Part shown: piece by piece, positions 7,400-14,013 of the stretch
Numbering within the stretch: position 1 is the first letter of the stretch
Layout of the letters: each line of letters starts with the position of its first letter
IMG/VR virus record: IMGVR_UViG_3300037508_001402
Direction: 5' to 3' (one strand)
From: an uncultured virus (IMG/VR IMGVR_UViG_3300037508_001402)
Taxonomy: Duplodnaviria; Heunggongvirae; Uroviricota; Caudoviricetes
Length of the DNA stretch: 20,000 nucleotides
Notes under the pieces: generated by a model
Databases searched by the model: none
Seen by the model: only the letters and a program-made list of their open reading frames with translations
Told to the model about the DNA's origin: nothing
Translations under genes and position numbers: made by a program

Positions 7400-7472
7400 G
7401 CCCCCGAAGCTCTTGGGTAAGAGCGCTCCTGCAATACGGGAAAGGATGCAAGTTCGAGTCTTGCCGGGGGTT
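7400..7472 (+). tRNA. tRNA-like element 3 (complete cloverleaf, non-canonical anticodon loop, no encoded CCA)
   Basis: Acceptor GCCCCCG/CGGGGGT, D arm GCTC-TTGGGTAA-GAGC, T arm GCAAG-TTCGAGT-CTTGC. A instead of U at position 8; loop GCAATAC lacks U33. Confidence 0.6.
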
Positions 7473-7558
7473 CTCCCAGAAATGGGAAACAATTAACAAA
7501 TCGCCAATAGGCGTGAGGGTTAATTGCTCGGGTTCGTTTCGTTAAAGGAAAGATATAG

Positions 7559-7586
7559 GCCGGGGTCATGTGGCCCTGGCTTTTTT
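7559..7586 (+). terminator. Intrinsic terminator
   Basis: GCCGGGGTC-ATGT-GGCCCTGGC followed by T6. Confidence 0.65.
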
Positions 7587-7684
7587 GCACCACAAAAGCA
7601 GCATAGCCCTTCTCTGTGCTGCTCTTGCGGGTCAAATAAACATCAAGGAGAGGAAAAGTCCCTTGGCAATTAGGAATGTGTTGT

Positions 7685-7708
7685 TCGGGCAGCCCGCGCC
7701 CGGTTTTT
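7685..7708 (+). terminator. Terminator-like hairpin (repeat copy 1)
   Basis: TCGGGC-7 nt-GCCCGG followed by T5. Confidence 0.4.
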
Positions 7709-7801
7709 GCTCCCAATGACAGCATTGCCTTTCGAGCTTGTGCTGTCTTTAGGGGTAAAAAATACAGCAAAGGAAAAGGGAGAGATCATCGAGTGCATTG
7801 G

Positions 7802-7825
7802 CGGGCCTACCCCTGCCCGGTTTTT
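7802..7825 (+). terminator. Terminator-like hairpin (repeat copy 2)
   Basis: CGGGC-8 nt-GCCCG, then G and T5; shares GCCCGGTTTTTG with copy 1. Confidence 0.4.
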
Positions 7826-7933
7826 GTTCGCAACGGCTGCATGTTTGGCCCGTGCAGCCCTTACGGTCAAAAGCCGTAATAAATTGAAAAGGAGCAGTTT
7901 CTACGTTCTCGAAGTGGTTTAAATTTTTGCAAC

Positions 7934-7962
7934 GGGTCAGGCTAAACCCTGGCCCATTTTTT
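7934..7962 (+). terminator. Intrinsic terminator
   Basis: GGGTCAGG-CTAAAC-CCTGGCCC, then A and T6. Confidence 0.6.
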
Positions 7963-7967
7963 CTCAC

Positions 7968-7994
7968 AAAAAAAGCGGTAGTTCTCGCTACCGC
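7968..7994 (-). terminator. Minus-strand-oriented intrinsic terminator
   Basis: A7 followed by GCGGTAG-TTCTCG-CTACCGC, i.e. hairpin plus T7 when read on the minus strand. Confidence 0.55.
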
Positions 7995-8100
7995 ATTTAA
8001 GATGCGCAGCACATAGTACAACACATCCCAAATAACCATCACCAATATACCACGCTGCGCCTCTCAATTATCACGCCAATCGGCAGAGAGGTCTTTTTAC

Positions 8101-9462
8101 ATGTTTCAACACGTCAAACAGTATCGGCAAAAGCACGGACTCACACAGGAGGCCATGGGCAATCTATTGGGGATGGATGCAAAGTTCATCTGGAATTTAG
8201 AGAAGCACAAGCCACGCATGAGCATCAATGGTGTTCGTGTGGTTTATTCCCCCCAAGAAGAGGTGATGCTGAAATCTGTTTTTGGAGATTCAGCAGACGC
8301 AGGCAAACACCCCAGCTATTTTGAAGGGCTTCCATCCATCACAGGACAAGATCTGTACAGCATCCGCAAACAGAAGCGCATGACGCAGGCTGAGGCGGGT
8401 GAGGTCATTGGTGTATCAGCCGCGCAATGGGGCGTACTCGAAGCAGGCAAAAGCAAAGAGGACACCCCCAACATCCGCCGCTGGTACACATTGCTTCTCG
8501 TTCACCACTTCCCCGAATACTTCCAGCCCACAGAAATGACACTTGCTGACGAATCGCTCATGGTAGAGGCACAGGTTTTGACACCTGAACCCGAACCTGT
8601 TCAGGATGACTTTGCAGATCAGCCCGGCTTGATCCCTTTCGCGTATGGCTCTCAGAAAGTGCGTGTGAAGTGGATTGATGGGGAGCCATGGTTCATGCTT
8701 TTAGATGTCTGCAAAGCCGTTGGATACAAGTCTATCCAACACGCAGCTGAACTTATTCGGGAACGTGACATCCGCAAAGTGGAGTGCGCCGATTCACTTG
8801 GTCGGGTGACTGAAGCAAACTTTGTCTCAGAGCGTGGCATGTCTCAGTTCTTTTTAAGAGCTCGCGTGCCAGCTGTCGAGCAATTTCAGGATTGGGTATT
8901 TGATGAGGTACTGCCATCAGTTTATAAAACAGGCGGCTACCAAGTTAATCAACCTCAGCAGATTCAGGCTTCCATCGATCCCCTTTCTCAGGTGCTGATG
9001 ATTGGCCAGGCACTTCAGACAATTGCCCAACAGATGCAGGCCCAAGCCAGCGAGATCAGTTCTCTCAAAGAGCAGGTTTCCAAAGTCAATTACCTGGAAG
9101 TATCCAAGACCGATCGCTCTGAAGTTCTCGAGATCGTGCAAAGCGAAGTGCTGGAATCAAAGCTCAAAGAGAAACAAGAGCAAAAGATCCACTATCGCAA
9201 GCGCAAAGAGCTTGAAAATCGTGTTTCTGACCTTGGCTGGTCAATCGTGAAGGCTCACGGCGGCAACCATGGGGAAGTTATCAAAGGCATAAACAAGCGA
9301 ATCAAAGCGGCTCTCAGGGGTGTGTATGGATATGCCATTGCCAGGGAGCGGTACACCGATGAAGATTTTGCCCTGGCTTACCAGGTGATCGCAATGGTTG
9401 AAAAAGAGATCAAGGACTTTCCCAAACAGGGAGAAATAAATTTTGATGGAGACGCAGCATGA
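8101..9462 (+). CDS. Antirepressor-like protein: two XRE HTH domains + BRO-N domain + coiled-coil C-terminus
   Basis: HTH motifs VKQYRQKHGLTQEAMGNLLG and IRKQKRMTQAEAGEVIGVSAAQWGVLEAG. BRO-N FAYGSQKVRVKWIDGEPWFMLLDVCKAVGY...FVSERGMSQFFLRAR...FQDWVFDEVLPSVYKTGGY. Confidence 0.85.
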   Translation: MFQHVKQYRQKHGLTQEAMGNLLGMDAKFIWNLEKHKPRMSINGVRVVYSPQEEVMLKSVFGDSADAGKHPSYFEGLPSITGQDLYSIRKQKRMTQAEAGEVIGVSAAQWGVLEAGKSKEDTPNIRRWYTLLLVHHFPEYFQPTEMTLADESLMVEAQVLTPEPEPVQDDFADQPGLIPFAYGSQKVRVKWIDGEPWFMLLDVCKAVGYKSIQHAAELIRERDIRKVECADSLGRVTEANFVSERGMSQFFLRARVPAVEQFQDWVFDEVLPSVYKTGGYQVNQPQQIQASIDPLSQVLMIGQALQTIAQQMQAQASEISSLKEQVSKVNYLEVSKTDRSEVLEIVQSEVLESKLKEKQEQKIHYRKRKELENRVSDLGWSIVKAHGGNHGEVIKGINKRIKAALRGVYGYAIARERYTDEDFALAYQVIAMVEKEIKDFPKQGEINFDGDAA

Positions 9463-9950
9463 CAGCAGTAAACCAAGTATTTTTGATTGGCCGTGTTGGC
9501 CAGGCCCCCGAAGTGAAATACACCAAAAGCGGCATGGCCTATGCCCAGGTCAATCTTGCAGTGAACAGAACCACCAAAGACGCAGCGGGCAACACGATCA
9601 CAGACTGGATTCCTCTCCAGTTTTGGGACAAGCGGGCAGAGAACTTTGCCAAGTACGTCAGCAAGGGCGATCAGATCTCTGTCACCGGGCAGCTTCAGAT
9701 CGAACTGTGGGAGCAGAACGGCGAAAAGCGCAGCAAAGCCAAGGTGATCGTGGACGGCTTTCACATGCTGGGCTCAAAGTCTGACAAGGCCCCTCAAGAC
9801 CCTGAGAGCATCGAGCGCAATCAGGCAGTGAGACAGGCCACCGCTGCCATTGAGAAGAGCAAGAACCGCGATGCTGCGATAGATAGCGAGTTGTCAGGCG
9901 CGCATATTGACCCTGAGTTTGTGGATGATGAAGATCTACCCCCCTTTTAG
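9459..9950 (+). CDS. ssb: Single-stranded DNA-binding protein
   Basis: VNQVFLIGRVGQAPEVKYT, TDWI..WDKRAE..AKYVSKGDQISVTGQL, acidic tail DDEDLPPF. Confidence 0.95.
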   Translation: MTAVNQVFLIGRVGQAPEVKYTKSGMAYAQVNLAVNRTTKDAAGNTITDWIPLQFWDKRAENFAKYVSKGDQISVTGQLQIELWEQNGEKRSKAKVIVDGFHMLGSKSDKAPQDPESIERNQAVRQATAAIEKSKNRDAAIDSELSGAHIDPEFVDDEDLPPF

Positions 9951-10380
9951 CGGTGCCGCTGCCTCTTTAGGTGCTGCGTACTTCACAGCGGTCTTGTGTG
10001 GAGTATGTGGCATCAGAGAGTGGGGCGCTTTGATTGTGACTGTGTTGGTGGGTGCCCTGACCTGTGCTGTGGTCAATTCTGTTGATAGCATTGCTCCCAG
10101 CGGTCAATTCACAGGGCTTCGCAAAAGAGCTTGGGGCCATGTGCCAATTGTCAAAGATGAAGTGCCCCCGCTGCCAAATATTGACCAAGACCCCCTGGCA
10201 ATAAAGATCCAGCAAGCTGCTTATGATGCAGGGCTTACTTTTTTTCGTAAACCCCAAACAATGCCCAAATGGGCCAAACACTCACCAATTGTTGAGTACA
10301 GAATCGAAGATGTCTGCATCGTTGAATATCCCGCAAATATTGAAAGGAAAAGCAATGACCAATTGGAACCTCCCCTATAA
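9925..10380 (+). CDS. Putative membrane protein (two N-terminal hydrophobic segments)
   Basis: Fills the gap between ssb and the next gene. Hydrophobic AAASLGAAYFTAVLCGVCGI and WGALIVTVLVGALTCAVV. Start uncertain; it overlaps the ssb tail. Confidence 0.5.
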   Translation: MMKIYPPFSGAAASLGAAYFTAVLCGVCGIREWGALIVTVLVGALTCAVVNSVDSIAPSGQFTGLRKRAWGHVPIVKDEVPPLPNIDQDPLAIKIQQAAYDAGLTFFRKPQTMPKWAKHSPIVEYRIEDVCIVEYPANIERKSNDQLEPPL

Positions 10381-10594
10381 ATGCCTGACATGTGGCAACC
10401 GCATGGACGTATACCCGCGCATCGCCTGTCGTGACGTGTTCTGCTCTGCCTGTGGCATCAACCGCTTTCAGCAGGTCGTGTGGGTGGGTGACGGCCCTGA
10501 GCCCTCACAGCCCAAAGAGACCAAGCAAGTGACACACTACGGCCCAATCATCGGCCACATTCCACCCATAGAAAGAGAGGCTGTAAATGCCTGA
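10355..10594 (+). CDS. Small Zn-ribbon protein
   Basis: Start moved to ATG 10355 (AAGGAA RBS). CLTC...CSAC. Confidence 0.7.
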   Translation: MTNWNLPYKCLTCGNRMDVYPRIACRDVFCSACGINRFQQVVWVGDGPEPSQPKETKQVTHYGPIIGHIPPIEREAVNA

Positions 10595-10763
10595 GTACGT
10601 TCGCACTGGAAACTATCAGGACACAGTTCACTATTATCACCGCTGCCAGGGCTGTGGGAACATCTTCACAGCCTCAGACAGGGAAAAGGATTGCCCCAAG
10701 TGCAAGACCCGTTCTGTGGCCCCTGGACGGCCTGTATTCGCAACAAGGAGGATTGAGAAGTAA
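10587..10763 (+). CDS. Small Zn-ribbon protein (58 aa)
   Basis: Below the track cutoff. MPEYVRTG...HRCQGCGNIF...DCPKCK...RRIEK; GAGG RBS; overlaps the upstream stop. Confidence 0.7.
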   Translation: MPEYVRTGNYQDTVHYYHRCQGCGNIFTASDREKDCPKCKTRSVAPGRPVFATRRIEK

Positions 10764-10942
10764 TGCAGACAGAGAACCCGTACTTGCGCTGCCAGAACGT
10801 GGCCAGGCTGATCAGAAAGGGAATCCCCACCAATGAAGAGACAGAGCAGGCCCGTACATTGCAGGCAGCTTTGAGAGTTGCTGAGATTCGCAGGATTGAG
10901 GGGCAGACCAGCAGGAAGCGGGGGCCTCGGAGGGCGCGTTAA
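10763..10942 (+). CDS. Small basic hypothetical protein (59 aa)
   Basis: Below the track cutoff. AGGAGG RBS and TAATG coupling. MQTENPYLRCQNVARLIRKG...RKRGPRRAR; its stop overlaps the stop of the convergent HTH gene. Confidence 0.65.
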   Translation: MQTENPYLRCQNVARLIRKGIPTNEETEQARTLQAALRVAEIRRIEGQTSRKRGPRRAR

Positions 10943-11178
10943 GCCTGGGAGGCAAATAGAGGGTGAGCGCAGTCTGGACGGATACGAATCTCTATCCCAA
11001 AGATTTGCGCCATTCTCAGCAGCACTTCATAAGAGGGGATGTTGTCTCCCTGTTCATACTTCTGAACCATTGAAAGAGACACGCCAAGTTTCTCAGCCAT
11101 TTTTCGCTGTGAAAGGTTCGCGTTCTCTCTAAGTTTCTTGAAGTCTTCCGGCAAGACATCCGCTGTCATTAAAAGCAT
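10939..11178 (-). CDS. XRE-family HTH regulator (CI-like position, no peptidase domain)
   Basis: FKKLRENANLSQRKMAEKLGVSLSMVQKYEQGDNIPSYEVLLRMAQIFG; divergent from the replication operon. Confidence 0.85.
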   Translation of the reverse strand: MLLMTADVLPEDFKKLRENANLSQRKMAEKLGVSLSMVQKYEQGDNIPSYEVLLRMAQIFGIEIRIRPDCAHPLFASQA

Positions 11179-11335
11179 ATCCTCAGTTTATTTGATCTCA
11201 GATTTTTTATCTGTGACATTATACTAAAAGCGTAGTTTAAATGACATAGGTTTGTCAATGATTAAAATATCACTTGATTTTTAATATTGTTATGCGTAAT
11301 AATACTATGTAGATAGATTGTGAAAGGCAAGTACA
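11179..11335. promoter_or_regulatory. AT-rich divergent control region
   Basis: Minus-strand TTGACA (11258-11253) and TATAAT (11223-11218); plus-strand TTGATT (11274-11279); inverted repeat TGACA-N6-TGTCA (11242-11257). Exact promoter pairings are ambiguous. Confidence 0.45.
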
Positions 11336-11500
11336 ATGCAATCCCAAATAACCCAGGCCCCCACGGCTGAACAGATCCGCTACAAGACCACCCTGGCCAA
11401 TCCTACCCACGGCAACCGCCCCACCTGTGGCTGTGACATGTGGGTGGACTATGGCCGCTGTCGCCATATCAGTGAGATGAAAGAGGCCAGCAAGAAATGA
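11336..11500 (+). CDS. Stand-alone SWIM-type zinc-finger microprotein (54 aa)
   Basis: Below the track cutoff. ...RPTCGCDMWVDYGRCRHISEM... fits CxC-xn-CxH. GAAAGG RBS; ATGA overlap with the initiator gene. Confidence 0.65.
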   Translation: MQSQITQAPTAEQIRYKTTLANPTHGNRPTCGCDMWVDYGRCRHISEMKEASKK

Positions 11501-12687
11501 AAAAGTCTCGCGCTCTCATCGACAGAAACCCCATGGCTATTGATAAAGATTTGGCCAATGTCTTTGGGCTTGACCTTGCCGCTCTTTTGCAGCACATTCA
11601 CTTCTCTATCACAGAGAAGGAATCAAACCCCAGAAAATACTTTAAGAGCTATAAAAACGGCTTTTTCTGGTATTACGACACAAAGACAGCTATTTCTGAA
11701 GAACTTCCATTCTTGGGCTCTACACGCACGATTCAGCGCCTTATTTCAAAAGGGCAAGAAATGCAGGTTTTGATTGTTGAAGAGTTCAACTCTTTGCCAG
11801 GGGATAACACCAACTGGTTCAGAATTGATCACCCAAAACTTGATGAAATCATGCAGGATTATTACTCAAAAAAATATCCTGAGATGGCAGAATTTTATGC
11901 TCAGGCTGATCAAGAACAAGACACCCCCCCAAGACAAATTGGCTGCACCCCCGAGACAAATTGTCCTACCCCCCAAGACAAATTGTCCTACCCCCCAAGA
12001 CAAATTGTCTCGACCAATACCATAGACTTCTCAGAGACTTCTCATAGAAAAGATCTTAATACCCCCTTTAATCCCCCGCAGGGGGAAGCGAGCGATCAGA
12101 AAAAATCTTTGCCTGTTTGGATGCCTTCTGAGAAATTCAGGGAGGTTGCTGTTCAGGTTATGGATGATTACTCAGAAGCATTTCAAGCCCTGGCCAATAA
12201 CCCACTGCCCCAAACAACCGAAAAAACACCGGAACCCCCCAGTTCCGCGCCCCCCCCTTTGCGCCTGGCTGGAACACTGGCCGGTGTGACTGAGGCAGAA
12301 ATCGCAGAGGTTGTGGATCGCCATGTCGAAGCGGCCACAGCCAACCCACAGGGATTTGATGAGTTCTGGCAGCAGTACCCTGCAAAGGTTGCCAAGCCAG
12401 CCGCGCTTAAGGCCTGGAAAAAGCTCAAACCCAGTGCAGAATTGCAGGCAACGATCCAGCACGACATAGCCAAACGCAAGCAGACGGATCGCAAGTGGCT
12501 TGGGGGATTCATTGCAAACCCTGCAACTTACCTAAATCAGGCAAGATGGGCTGATCAAGTAGAAGCCCTGGCAATAACAGACACAAGCTCTGAAGCAATG
12601 CGCAGATCAAATCAACCAATGAGCCAGCATGAGAAAAACATGCTTGAACTGAAGAAATACGCAGAGAAACACGGGGTTAATTTCTAA
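11497..12687 (+). CDS. Phage replication initiator (lambda O-like / replisome organiser)
   Basis: N-terminal wHTH-like block (FGLDLAALLQHIHF...GFFWYYDT...ELPFLGSTRTIQRLI...NTNWFRIDH). C-terminal FDEFWQQYPAKVAKPAALKAWKKL...FIANPATYLNQARWAD. Internal iterons. Confidence 0.85.
   Translation: MKKSRALIDRNPMAIDKDLANVFGLDLAALLQHIHFSITEKESNPRKYFKSYKNGFFWYYDTKTAISEELPFLGSTRTIQRLISKGQEMQVLIVEEFNSLPGDNTNWFRIDHPKLDEIMQDYYSKKYPEMAEFYAQADQEQDTPPRQIGCTPETNCPTPQDKLSYPPRQIVSTNTIDFSETSHRKDLNTPFNPPQGEASDQKKSLPVWMPSEKFREVAVQVMDDYSEAFQALANNPLPQTTEKTPEPPSSAPPPLRLAGTLAGVTEAEIAEVVDRHVEAATANPQGFDEFWQQYPAKVAKPAALKAWKKLKPSAELQATIQHDIAKRKQTDRKWLGGFIANPATYLNQARWADQVEALAITDTSSEAMRRSNQPMSQHEKNMLELKKYAEKHGVNF
11923..12010 (+). 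repeat. Four ~22-bp iterons; putative replication origin
   Basis: ACCCCCCAAGACAAATTGTCCT-like units start at 11923, 11947, 11968 and 11990. Core GACAA-A-TTGTC is palindromic (one mismatch in the first copy). Confidence 0.85.
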
Positions 12688-12688
12688 A

Positions 12689-13387
12689 ATGGCAAGCAAA
12701 GAAACGGTTATGCAAATGTTACGCAGGTTTTCAGTGGTGTTTGACCTGCGCATGGATCAGGACGCAATCGAAACCTGGGAGATGGCCCTGAACGATCTCT
12801 CTGACGAAGTTGTCCAAGCCGCAACGGTGCATTTTGTCAAAAGCTGGGGCAGTCAGTACAACCGCAAGCCGCGCCCCGGCGATGTCCATGAATTTTTCAA
12901 TGAAGTGTTTGACACGTCTTGGCGTGACGCTTGGGCAGAAGTGCAATTTTTAATGGTCGCCTGCCAGCAGCCGGGAAGCTCTGTTGAGTTTTCATCTCAC
13001 GCAATCAAACTGGCTGTTGAAAGCCTTGGACGTTTGCGGACAATTTACGAAACGCCCCCCGCCTTACTGCCAAAGCTGCGCGATCAATTCAGGGATGCCT
13101 ACAAAGAGATCAAGGCAGAGATGAAGATCAAGGGCATTATTGAGCAGAAAAAAACCGCAAGAATCGAGTATTACGCTCCAGACGGTGAAGCGATTCAGGA
13201 GTATAACCCAGATGACAAATACGGCATTGATCGCCTTAAGGAGCAACTGGCACAACTGCCCGAACCTGAAAACCATAACTGGCACACCTACGAAAGCGCC
13301 AAGCCAAAAACAAGCCTGAACTTGTCAAGCCTCAGAGGGCCTGAAGGTCAAGTGATCGATATTTCAAAAATCGTGAAAAGGGGATGA
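12689..13387 (+). CDS. Replicative helicase loader/inhibitor (G39P/DUF6475-like)
   Basis: Directly follows the initiator. WEMALNDLSDEVVQAA...P.PGDV...AWAEV...AVESLG...RDQFRDAY pattern. Confidence 0.7.
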   Translation: MASKETVMQMLRRFSVVFDLRMDQDAIETWEMALNDLSDEVVQAATVHFVKSWGSQYNRKPRPGDVHEFFNEVFDTSWRDAWAEVQFLMVACQQPGSSVEFSSHAIKLAVESLGRLRTIYETPPALLPKLRDQFRDAYKEIKAEMKIKGIIEQKKTARIEYYAPDGEAIQEYNPDDKYGIDRLKEQLAQLPEPENHNWHTYESAKPKTSLNLSSLRGPEGQVIDISKIVKRG

Positions 13388-13391
13388 AGTG

Positions 13392-13568
13392 ATGCAGAAA
13401 ATCACACTCAACGCAAAGCAAGACCGCATGGTCCAGGCCCTCAGAGCTGCTGAGATTCACCGGGTCAACGGCTACAAAAGCGCTGCGATCACTGTCGAGG
13501 GCGTGGTGTTCCACGTCTACTACACCAAGACTGGGCTGGTCGTGAGACAGCAGGAGGTGACTGCATGA
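13392..13568 (+). CDS. Hypothetical protein (58 aa)
   Basis: Below the track cutoff. MQKITLNAKQDRMVQALRAAE...VVRQQEVTA; ATGA-coupled to the next gene. Confidence 0.6.
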   Translation: MQKITLNAKQDRMVQALRAAEIHRVNGYKSAAITVEGVVFHVYYTKTGLVVRQQEVTA

Positions 13569-13744
13569 CCGCCAAATTCTTCCTCTACGAGTTTCGCCAC
13601 TGTGGCAAGGAATGGCGCAGCACGTTTGAGGAAAGCAAATGCCGGGGCTGTCGAAAGATGATTGAAGCGTGGTCGAAAGAGCTGATGAATGGGCCTGAGA
13701 GTATCGATAGTTTTAGAGCGAAGTTTGCTGGAGTGCTGAAATGA
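13565..13744 (+). CDS. Small Zn-finger-like protein (59 aa)
   Basis: Below the track cutoff. GGAGGT RBS; HCGKEW...KCRGC; ATGA overlaps at both ends. Confidence 0.65.
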   Translation: MTAKFFLYEFRHCGKEWRSTFEESKCRGCRKMIEAWSKELMNGPESIDSFRAKFAGVLK

Positions 13745-14013
13745 CTCAAAATCCATTGTTTGATTTGTCTACTTTTGGCCCCGTTGATTTTGAGCCGCTT
13801 GGTTTAACTGCTGAATATTTCGCCAAGACTGAAAGGCTGGCTGAAATTCAACAGGAAATCAATTGGTGGGAGAGGAAGCGGCAAAGGCTCCTGCTAAAAG
13901 GGAAAGGCGCTTGGCTTGGTCCCACAGGCGACTACAACCGCAAAATGCTTAAGCGGTGTGAGAACAAGCTGAAAAAATTGAATGAAAGAATAAAAGAGGT
14001 TGAAAACGCATGA
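13741..14013 (+). CDS. Hypothetical protein
   Basis: 90 aa, ATGA-coupled, GGAG RBS. Confidence 0.65.
   Translation: MTQNPLFDLSTFGPVDFEPLGLTAEYFAKTERLAEIQQEINWWERKRQRLLLKGKGAWLGPTGDYNRKMLKRCENKLKKLNERIKEVENA

Larger units (their letters stand above)
6805..8095 (+). ncRNA. Candidate large structured non-coding RNA / regulatory leader
   Basis: No credible ORF. Near-continuous hairpins whose mismatches are G-U on the + strand, e.g. CACTGTGA/TCGCAGTG, AGCAGCATAG/CTGTGCTGCT and GGCTGCATG/CGTGCAGCC. Also cUUCGg and GAAA tetraloops and several tRNA-like modules. Boundaries uncertain. Confidence 0.65.

Noticed and set aside
7048..7472. Functional decoding tRNAs (Gln/Pro/Phe/Ile)
   Set aside because: Anticodon arms are malformed and two units lack self-complementary acceptor stems, so no isotype was assigned.
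7710..7802. Twister/pistol/HDV-like (theta) ribozyme in the structured region
   Set aside because: Helices are present (CCAATG/CATTGG, GACAGCA/TGCTGTC, CTCCC/GGGAG), but I could not match the conserved catalytic nucleotides or pseudoknots by eye.
6901..8045. Track ORFs within the structured region (6901-7239, 7193-7492, 7282-7770, 7318-7545, 7670-7870, 7676-7879, 7707-7922, 7749-8045)
   Set aside because: No recognisable motifs or coupling to neighbours. They overlap tRNA-like elements and terminators, or are antisense to them.
11923..12010. CRISPR array
   Set aside because: Repeats are directly adjacent with no spacers and lie inside a replication gene; they are iterons.
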